From: Candidatus Eiseniibacteriota bacterium
GTDB lineage: Bacteria > Eisenbacteria > RBG-16-71-46 > JABDJR01 > JAWXBZ01
DNA: 14,708 nucleotides
NCBI GenBank assembly: GCA_034440375.1
Contig: JAWXBZ010000057.1
Span: 1-14,708, forward strand
Direction: 5' to 3'
The notes under the pieces are model-generated. The model made no database searches. It worked only from the letters and a program-made list of their open reading frames with translations, and was not told the origin of the DNA. Position 1 is the stretch's first letter; each line of letters opens with the position of its first letter. Below, piece by piece: positions 7,228-14,202 of this stretch. Position numbers and translations under genes: made by a program.

Positions 7228-9887
7228 CGCGACCCCCCAGCGGTCCCGATCCGTCACCTGGCCGTCCCGATCCGTCACCGGGTGGTCCTGATCCGTCACC
7301 GGAGCGCGATTCTCTCGACGCTCGGCTGGTCGCCGCCTGGCCACGACTGGAGCCGCTGATCGATGAGCTCCTGGATCTGCCGGATGAAGCCGCACGCGTA
7401 TCACGGCTGCAGAAACTGGCCTCCGACGATCCCGAGCTCGGGGCGCTGGGGACGGAACTGTATGCCAGGATGGCGGAGCAGGACATGCGGATGGCCATCG
7501 GAAACGATGCGATGTCGAGCACCGTCGGTGGGGAATTGCCGGCGCTGCTCGACGACGCGTTCGGGCTCACCACGGCCGCCGCAGAGCCTGCGGAGCGATG
7601 GGGGCCGTACCGCCGCCTGCGGAGTCTTGGCCAGGGCGGTACGGGGCACGTGTTCCTGGCCGAGCGGGACGACGGCCAGTTCCAGCAACAGGTGGCCGTC
7701 AAGGTGCTCCGGACGGAGGTGGACACCGCCCTTGCGCGGGAGCGGCTGAAACGGGAGCGTCAACTCCTGGCCCGGCTCGATCATCCCGGAATCTCGCGGC
7801 TGATCGATGGTGGCATCGGGCCCGACGGCCGCCCCTGGTTCGCCATGGAGCATGTCGAGGGGGAGCCGATCACGACATACGTTCGCCGACTGAACCTGGG
7901 GCGCGCCGCTCGGCTGGAGCTCTTCGGCCGCCTGCTGACCGCGGTGCGCTATCTGCACCAGAACCTGGTCGTCCATCGCGATCTGAAACCGGCGAATGTA
8001 CTCGTGACCGCGAGCGGTGACGTGCGGGTGCTGGATCTCGGCATCGCGCGAATCCTCGATGACAGCCCTGTCAATTCCGCCACGACGCAGACACAGGCCG
8101 CGTTGACCCCGGCCTATGCCGCCCCGGAGCAGATCCTCGGTCGGCCCACGACGACGGCGGTCGACGTCTTTGCCCTGGGGCTCCTGCTCCACGAACTGAT
8201 CACAACCCGTACCGCGTTTCCAGATGGACGCTTCGCCCCGGACGCGGCAGGAGATGTGGCCGCACTCCGCACGGCGGAACCCGCCGGAGTCGATCCCGAC
8301 CTGGATGCCATCATCGCCCGGGCGCTGCGCCCCGAACCGGGGGAACGCTACCCGTCGGTGGAATCGCTCGATGAGGATCTGGCGCGCTATCGACAGGGGA
8401 GCCCCGTGGCGGCGCGCCGCGGCGGCTGGCGGTATCGTGCCTCGAAATCACTTCGGCGACATCGGGTGGCCTGGGCCGCGATGGCGGCGCTCGTCGTCAC
8501 GCTGACGGCCGGGCTTCTTGCCACGCTCTGGCAGGCCCGTGTGGCACGGGAGGAGGCGGGGCGCGCGGCCGCCGTCAGTCGATTCCTGCTCCACATCTTC
8601 GAGGGCGCTGATCCCGAGGTCGAGCAGGGGCCGACGACGACCGCCCGCACGTTGCTCGATCGTGGCACCGGGCGCATCCGGGCGGAACTGGCCACGCAGC
8701 CCGCTCTGCGTGCCGAGATGCTTCACACGCTCGGCGGGCTTTACTCGAAACTCGGCGAGTATGACGAAGCGTGGAAGCTGCTGGACGAATCGTGGCGGCT
8801 CCGTCAGACGCTTCCCGATCTTTCCCTTCGTGAGCGATTGGCCAGCATGACGGCGCTCGGGCAGGTCCAGCAGTCGCGCGGGCGTGGGACGGAGGCCGAG
8901 AGCCTTTTCCGCGCCTCGATCGACATGATCGGCCCGAACGCCGGGAGACTGCCGCTCGATCTGGCCACGGCGCACAACGGCCTGGCCAGCATCTTGAACG
9001 AGCGCGGTCAGGGCGCGGTGGCCGATTCTCTGGCGCGATTGGCGCTGGAGGGGCGCCGCCGCCACGGTGCGGACGATCTCGACGTGGCGGAGTCCCTGAA
9101 CGAACTCGCCACGATTTCCTACGACCGTGGGCGCTACGACGAGGCGAGGCAGTGGTTCACCGAATCGCTGGCACTCTTCGAGAAGAGGCTTGGGCACGAG
9201 TCGCTCCGCGGCGCGGCACTCCGCAGCAACCTGGCCACGGTCCTCATCCAGCAGGGGCGGCCGGCGGAGGCCGAACCGCTCTTCCAGAGTGCGCTCGAGG
9301 TACAGCGTCGTCAGCTCGGGCCGGATCATCCCCGGGTGGCCATCTCCCTGGCCGGGTTGGCCGGGATCGCCTCGCGCCAGGATCGTCTGGAGGAGGCGGA
9401 ACCGCTGTATGCCGAGGTGCTGCGCATCAACCGACGGACGTACGGTGCCCGCCATCCGGATGTGGCGAAGGCGCTGCATGACGTGGGCCGCGCCCGGCTG
9501 CGGCTGGGGCGTATGGCGGAGGCGGATTCCGCTTATCGCGAGTGCCTCTCGATCCTGACCGGGATGCTCGGACCCAACCACCCGTTCGTGGGAAAGACAC
9601 TGAGCAGCCTCGCCGACCTGCAGCGCCAGAGGGGGGATCGCGTCGCCGCCCAGGCCACGTTTCGCCGAAGCCTGGATATTCTGACCCGGAGCCTCGGGCC
9701 GGAGCATGAATTGACGGCCCAGGCCGGGCTCGGCCTCGGTCGCACCCTGCTCGAGACCGGCCACGCCGCGGAGGCCGAGCCCTGGCTCCGCGCGGCGTAC
9801 GAGGCCATGGCCCGCCAGTTTCCCGCCGATGACGCGCGGGTGGTTCAAGCCCGCGGCCTTCTGGAAATGGCAAGCCCCCGCCCCTGA
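7224..9887 (+). CDS. Membrane-anchored Hanks-type Ser/Thr protein kinase with C-terminal TPR array
   Basis: LGQGGTGHV, VAVKVL, HRDLKPANV (His at 7974), DLG (8034-8042), TPAYAAPEQ and DVFALG. TM helix VAWAAMAALVVTLTAGLLATLW (about 8466-8531). About 42-aa TPR repeats follow (e.g. AEPLFQSALEVQRRQLGPDHPRVA). Confidence 0.95.
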   Translation: MTRPPSGPDPSPGRPDPSPGGPDPSPERDSLDARLVAAWPRLEPLIDELLDLPDEAARVSRLQKLASDDPELGALGTELYARMAEQDMRMAIGNDAMSSTVGGELPALLDDAFGLTTAAAEPAERWGPYRRLRSLGQGGTGHVFLAERDDGQFQQQVAVKVLRTEVDTALARERLKRERQLLARLDHPGISRLIDGGIGPDGRPWFAMEHVEGEPITTYVRRLNLGRAARLELFGRLLTAVRYLHQNLVVHRDLKPANVLVTASGDVRVLDLGIARILDDSPVNSATTQTQAALTPAYAAPEQILGRPTTTAVDVFALGLLLHELITTRTAFPDGRFAPDAAGDVAALRTAEPAGVDPDLDAIIARALRPEPGERYPSVESLDEDLARYRQGSPVAARRGGWRYRASKSLRRHRVAWAAMAALVVTLTAGLLATLWQARVAREEAGRAAAVSRFLLHIFEGADPEVEQGPTTTARTLLDRGTGRIRAELATQPALRAEMLHTLGGLYSKLGEYDEAWKLLDESWRLRQTLPDLSLRERLASMTALGQVQQSRGRGTEAESLFRASIDMIGPNAGRLPLDLATAHNGLASILNERGQGAVADSLARLALEGRRRHGADDLDVAESLNELATISYDRGRYDEARQWFTESLALFEKRLGHESLRGAALRSNLATVLIQQGRPAEAEPLFQSALEVQRRQLGPDHPRVAISLAGLAGIASRQDRLEEAEPLYAEVLRINRRTYGARHPDVAKALHDVGRARLRLGRMAEADSAYRECLSILTGMLGPNHPFVGKTLSSLADLQRQRGDRVAAQATFRRSLDILTRSLGPEHELTAQAGLGLGRTLLETGHAAEAEPWLRAAYEAMARQFPADDARVVQARGLLEMASPRP
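7242..7304 (+). repeat. Three 21-bp in-frame tandem repeats encoding (G/R)PDPSP(G/E)
   Basis: ggtcccgatccgtcacctggc / cgtcccgatccgtcaccgggt / ggtcctgatccgtcaccggag, with an invariant core GATCCGTCACC. Confidence 0.9.
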
Positions 9888-9933
9888 ACCCGGTCTCGGC
9901 TCCCCCCTGGAATCCGGGTCATTTCGGGCCGCC

Positions 9934-9963
9934 CCTTGTCCCGCTCCGCCTCGAAAAACCGTT
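9934..9963 (+). promoter_or_regulatory. Candidate ECF-dependent promoter (TGTCCC-N17-CGTT) upstream of the large secreted protein
   Basis: TGTCCC at 9937-9942 and CGTT at 9960-9963, with an A-tract in the spacer, inside the 162-bp gap after the kinase. RBS GGAGG at 10039-10043. Assignment to the adjacent ECF is inference. Confidence 0.4.
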
Positions 9964-10049
9964 CCAGAGGATGAAAGGCATGGTGAGGAGCGGCCGGTCG
10001 ATTGTGCCGGCGGCCGTAGCCCAGGAACCCGCCCGCCGGGAGGATCGGC

Positions 10050-13000
10050 ATGTCCATCCATCAGTTTGCGACATCGAGACGTTCCGGATGGCCGGCGCCG
10101 CTCGTGGCGCTTCTTGTTTCGGCCGGGATTCTCGGCGTCGGGCCTCAACGCGTCGCCGTGGCCCACCTTGCCCTCGTGCGCCAGGGCCTGGAGAGCGCCG
10201 GAAGTCCCGGTACGGGTGAGGAGTTCGGACGGGCGCTTGCCACGGGTGACTTCAACGGAGATGGCGTCGAGGACCTGGCCACGAGTGCGCCCTACGAGGC
10301 GAATGACGTTTCAGGCTTTGCGACCCATGGAGCAGTGGTCGTGTCGTTCGGCAGCGCGGTCGGACTTGTTCCCGAGGGCGCGAAGTGGCTCACCGTCGGC
10401 GACCTGGCCGACCTGACGGTGCGTTACGGCGAAGCCCTCGCTGCGGGCGATTTCAATAACGACGGCTACACCGACCTGGCCGTGGGCCTCCCGTATCGCG
10501 ATGTCGCCGGTCATCCGAGCGCTGGCGAAGTCTGGGTACATCACGGCTCCGCCACGGGCCTCAGCGACGTCCCAGCAATCGTGCTGATCCAGTCAGGCGC
10601 GGGCGGCGCGAGTGAAAACGAGGATCTCTTCGGCAATGCGCTCGTCACGGGAGATTTCAACCGCGACGGTTACGCCGATCTCGCCGTCGGATCGCCGGGA
10701 GAGGATGTCGGTGCGGGTGCCGTATTCCACTTTTATGGTTCGGCCGCGGGCATCACTCTCGCGGGCTCGGGCTGGTTCAAACAGTCGAGCCTCGGACAGG
10801 TCAACACGGCGGCCGATGCCATGGGGCGGGCCCTGGCAGCCGGCCGGTTCGACAACGACGCTTATCCTGATCTGGCCATCGGCACGCCGATGAAGGATGT
10901 CGGCGGCCTGGCGGACTGCGGGCGTGTCTACATTATCCGCGGATCCGGCGTCGGGCTTGTTTCGATCGGAGGGGCTGCGCTGGATCCGGTCAGCCTGGCC
11001 AACAATCCCCAGAGTGATGCCCGGTTCGGTTCGAGCCTGGCGGCCGGCTACTTTTTCGATTCGGCCGGCCCCCTGGATCTGGCGGTGGGGGAGCCGGAGG
11101 CCGATCTTGGCGGGCAGGCCGACGCCGGTCGCGTCGTGATCCTGGATTTTGATCCCGTTCCAGCGCCTTCCCTGGTGCCGCAGGAGATCGACACGAAAAG
11201 CCAGCTGGTTGGACTTCCCGGCAGCGGCGCGGAGGTGGCCGACCGTTTCGGATCGGCCCTCGCCGCCGGCCGCTTCGATCTGGATGGCTACGATGAACTC
11301 GCCATCTCCGTGCCGTATGAAAACCTCGATCTCGGCGCGGAGGGGTCATTCACCGACGCCGGTATCGCACATATCTACTATGGCGGTTCCGGTGGACTCA
11401 CCACCGGCGCCTACACCACGTTCAGCGCGATATCCCAGAATGACCTGACTCGCGCGAGTGATCTTTTCGGCTGGGCCCTCGCTTTCGGCCGGTTCGATGC
11501 GTCGGGACGGGACAACCTGGCGATCGGCGTCACCCGGAAGGAGTATCTGTCGTACCAGCCCTCGACGCCGACGATCGACAACGCGGGCCTCGTCTACATC
11601 GTGGCGCCCTGGCGACAGATCGACCACCTGCCGAATCGCGCGTCGGTGGTGCTCGATTGCAACGCGGACATCATCTACTCGCAGCGCATGTTCGACCGCG
11701 TACGGCCCGCCAGCACCACGAAGACGATGACGCTGCTCCTGGCCTGCGAGGCGATCGAGAACAATGAGGTCGATCCCGACTATCTGTACACGGTGCCCTC
11801 CTGGGTGGCCGGCAACGTGAACGGTTCACAGATGGGGCTGGTGACGGATGAGAAGATCACGCTCGAGTACCTGATGAAAGGGATGATGCCGCCATCCGGA
11901 AACGACGCGTCCTATGCCATTGCGGACATCCTCGAGGGGGACAACAACCCCTGGGGTGGCAGCTACGAAAACACGCTGCTGGCGTTCCAGAACCGGATGA
12001 ACGCGCGGGCGGCGGACTTCGGCATGACCCGTACGACGCTGACGAACCCATCCGGTCTGGATGTCACGAATCACTTCACGACCGCGCGCGATTTCGCCGC
12101 GCTCTCCTACTACGCCATGCAGAACTCCTGTGTGCGCCAGATCGTGGGGGCGCCGGGTTGGCTCGTGACGCATTTCATCCCCGTGAGCACCATGGACGGC
12201 TGGCTGAGCATCGGCGGGCCGAGTCCGATGCCGGGCTACACCGAAGTGACCGAGTATTTCTACGCCGGCTACATGGCGAACATCCGAGGCACAATCCCCT
12301 CCGCCACCGGCATCAAGGGCGGCTACACCGGCGAAGGCCGGATCACGGGGCTCTGGTCGGCGGCTGCTGCTGAGGGCGAGGTCTACGCAACGGCCTTCGG
12401 CCTGCGCAGCACCGAAAAGGGGGATCCGGTTTCGGACTGCCTGTCCTGCACGGGCGGCGGCCTCCTCAAGTTGGGACGATCCATCTGCGAGGAGAACGAT
12501 TTCCTGCCGCCGCCACCGCCCCCGCCTCCCGGACCGTATGGCACGCTCACCGGCATCCCGGCCTGTCCCGATTCGCTGCAGCGCCTCACGACGCATGGCG
12601 AAGCCTTCATACCAGGTGACGCCCTCGTGGAAGTCTATCGCCACACGCTGATCGCACCGAGCGTGGGCGTGCGCATCGCGATCGTGCGCAACAGCCAGAT
12701 CACACTCTCTCCACAAGAGTTGGTCAGCTACGGGGTCGGCGCCATCACCGGTCACGAGGGGGCGCGCATCGTCAATCGGGGTACGGCCAATGCCCAGATC
12801 CTGGTGACCCAGACTCACCCCACGGGGACGACCCTGAACGCCACGCTTCCCCCCTCCGGCGGACTGAATACACCGATCCATGGAACGCCCACCTCGAACT
12901 ATCTCATGACGATTCGAAATGTGGGATCGGTCGACATTACGCTGGAAGTCGAGGAACTCGGATACCGAATCGAGCGCCGATTGACGCCCACCGGGCCTAA

Positions 13001-13460
13001 CGTTGCTTCCTTTCAGGCCACACTGCGGCGTGAGGGGATCTTTGCCAATGAGATGATGGGTGTCTACGTGGTCGGCACCGATGCCGCGTGCAACGAGGAA
13101 CTCGACGTGATCATCCGACCGCCCGTCGCGCCGAGCGAGGTTCCGGTGGGGGGAGGCGTCCCCCGGGAGAGTGGTCCGGCGCTTCTGACGCTACGACCGG
13201 CGCACCCCAACCCCTTCGAGGCCAATACTACGTTGCGGTTCGATCTGGCCCGTTCCGCCGCGGTGGATGTGGCCCTCTTCGATCTGCAGGGGCGGCGTGT
13301 TCGGGGCTTGCTCAGCGCCTCGCCGCACACGGCGGGTGCGCACGAAGTTACCTGGGATGGCCGCGACGCCGCCGGCCGACGAGTCAGCGCCGGAATCTAC
13401 TTCGTGCGCGTCCAGGCCGAAGGGGTTGTTCAGAGCGCGCGAGTGGTCCGGCTGGACTGA
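10050..13460 (+). CDS. Secreted multidomain protein: FG-GAP beta-propeller, peptidase S11-like DD-carboxypeptidase domain, poly-Pro linker, unknown beta domain, FlgD-Ig/T9SS-like C-terminal domain
   Basis: Signal peptide ending about AVA/H. Seven FG-GAP blades at about 10218-11603 (e.g. FGRALATGDFNGDGVEDLA, FGNALVTGDFNRDGYADLAVG). S11 motifs PASTTK (Ser at 11712), SGNDAS (11895), MNARAADFGM, NPSGLD, TTARD and GIKGGYT (12315). Pro8 at 12507-12530. C-terminus HPNPF...FDLQGRRVR...WDGRD...AGIYFVR. Confidence 0.9.
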   Translation: MSIHQFATSRRSGWPAPLVALLVSAGILGVGPQRVAVAHLALVRQGLESAGSPGTGEEFGRALATGDFNGDGVEDLATSAPYEANDVSGFATHGAVVVSFGSAVGLVPEGAKWLTVGDLADLTVRYGEALAAGDFNNDGYTDLAVGLPYRDVAGHPSAGEVWVHHGSATGLSDVPAIVLIQSGAGGASENEDLFGNALVTGDFNRDGYADLAVGSPGEDVGAGAVFHFYGSAAGITLAGSGWFKQSSLGQVNTAADAMGRALAAGRFDNDAYPDLAIGTPMKDVGGLADCGRVYIIRGSGVGLVSIGGAALDPVSLANNPQSDARFGSSLAAGYFFDSAGPLDLAVGEPEADLGGQADAGRVVILDFDPVPAPSLVPQEIDTKSQLVGLPGSGAEVADRFGSALAAGRFDLDGYDELAISVPYENLDLGAEGSFTDAGIAHIYYGGSGGLTTGAYTTFSAISQNDLTRASDLFGWALAFGRFDASGRDNLAIGVTRKEYLSYQPSTPTIDNAGLVYIVAPWRQIDHLPNRASVVLDCNADIIYSQRMFDRVRPASTTKTMTLLLACEAIENNEVDPDYLYTVPSWVAGNVNGSQMGLVTDEKITLEYLMKGMMPPSGNDASYAIADILEGDNNPWGGSYENTLLAFQNRMNARAADFGMTRTTLTNPSGLDVTNHFTTARDFAALSYYAMQNSCVRQIVGAPGWLVTHFIPVSTMDGWLSIGGPSPMPGYTEVTEYFYAGYMANIRGTIPSATGIKGGYTGEGRITGLWSAAAAEGEVYATAFGLRSTEKGDPVSDCLSCTGGGLLKLGRSICEENDFLPPPPPPPPGPYGTLTGIPACPDSLQRLTTHGEAFIPGDALVEVYRHTLIAPSVGVRIAIVRNSQITLSPQELVSYGVGAITGHEGARIVNRGTANAQILVTQTHPTGTTLNATLPPSGGLNTPIHGTPTSNYLMTIRNVGSVDITLEVEELGYRIERRLTPTGPNVASFQATLRREGIFANEMMGVYVVGTDAACNEELDVIIRPPVAPSEVPVGGGVPRESGPALLTLRPAHPNPFEANTTLRFDLARSAAVDVALFDLQGRRVRGLLSASPHTAGAHEVTWDGRDAAGRRVSAGIYFVRVQAEGVVQSARVVRLD

Positions 13461-13466
13461 GCCCGC

Positions 13467-14117
13467 TCAGCGAGTCGGATCGAAACGTGTGGCTTCGCGC
13501 AGGAAGCTGTGGTCGAGATAGTCGCTCAGGATCACGCGCGCCATCTCCTCGACGGTGGGGAAGCGGTCGTAATCCACCTGGATGACCGGGATGACCTTTG
13601 AGATATCGGCGACGAACTCGGCGTAACCCTTATGGAGCGATTTCAGATAATCCAGCGTGATGCCGTCCTCCACGCCGCGCGCGCGGGCCCGGATCCGCTC
13701 CATCGAGCGTTCCGGTGATACATCCAGGTAGATGATCACGTTCGGCTTGCACATGAAGTTGCTCATGTTTCGAAACAGGTCCAGGTAGGTACGATAGTCG
13801 CGCTCTTCCATGAGGCCGGTTTCGGCCAGCATCCGGGCGAAGATGGAATCCTCGTAGATGGTCCGGTCCTGAACCGCCGAGCGCCCGCGCCAGATGATCT
13901 CCTGGTGCTGCTGGAAGCGCCGATTCAGCAGGTAGATCTGCGTGGCGAACGAGTAGCGCTTCGTATCGCGGTAGAAGTCGGCCAGGTACTCGTTGTTGTC
14001 CACCGGCTCGTAGTACACGTCGATCGCAAGGTGCTCGCCCAGCGCGGCGGCCAGAGTCGATTTGCCGGCGCCGATCATCCCGGCAATCCCGATGAAGAGG
14101 TTTTCGAAGCGTGTCAC
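13467..14117 (-). CDS. Deoxynucleoside kinase (dNK/Dck/Dgk family)
   Basis: P-loop IAGMIGAGKST, YYEPV, QIYLLNRRFQQH, QDRTIYED, PNVIIYLDVS and lid RIRARARGVE. The start is placed at GTG 14117 (alternative ATG 14159). The ORF-track extension to 14345 does not look like dNK. Confidence 0.92.
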   Translation of the reverse strand: MTRFENLFIGIAGMIGAGKSTLAAALGEHLAIDVYYEPVDNNEYLADFYRDTKRYSFATQIYLLNRRFQQHQEIIWRGRSAVQDRTIYEDSIFARMLAETGLMEERDYRTYLDLFRNMSNFMCKPNVIIYLDVSPERSMERIRARARGVEDGITLDYLKSLHKGYAEFVADISKVIPVIQVDYDRFPTVEEMARVILSDYLDHSFLREATRFDPTR

Positions 14118-14124
14118 GGTGGGG

Positions 14125-14133
14125 ATTCTAACA
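14125..14133 (-). promoter_or_regulatory. Extended -10 element (TGT-TAGAAT) immediately upstream of the dNK start
   Basis: The minus strand reads TGTTAGAAT-ccccacc-GTG, so 7 nt separate the -10 hexamer from the start codon. No SD and no clear -35. Confidence 0.5.
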
Positions 14134-14202
14134 GAGGCGGCAATTCGGGCCGTCCTCATCCACTCGGCGCCCGGGCGCCCGGTTGCGGAAACGCCGGCAC
14201 GA

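Noticed and set aside
7242-7304. Possible mini-CRISPR array
   Set aside because: The units are contiguous 21-mers without unique spacers, they are in frame within a CDS, and no cas genes are present.
10071-10091. Twin-arginine (Tat) signal in the large protein (TSRRSGW)
   Set aside because: It lacks the S/T-R-R-x-F-L consensus hydrophobic residues, so a Sec signal is the simpler reading.
8448-10166. 572-aa minus-strand ORF, plus 7401-8192
   Set aside because: Antisense to the well-supported STK/TPR gene, with no domain signal.
11826-12881. 351-aa minus-strand ORF
   Set aside because: Arg-rich antisense shadow of the S11 domain region.
13457-13470. Inverted repeat CTGAGC-CC-GCTCAG spanning the two convergent stop codons as a bidirectional terminator
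   Set aside because: The stem is short with a 2-nt loop and no U-tract on either strand. Much of the symmetry comes from the two facing TGA codons.
14166-14182. GC-only palindromes GGCGCCCGGGCGCC and CCGGGCGCCCGG
   Set aside because: Expected by chance at this GC content. There is no loop or U-tract to support a terminator or operator.
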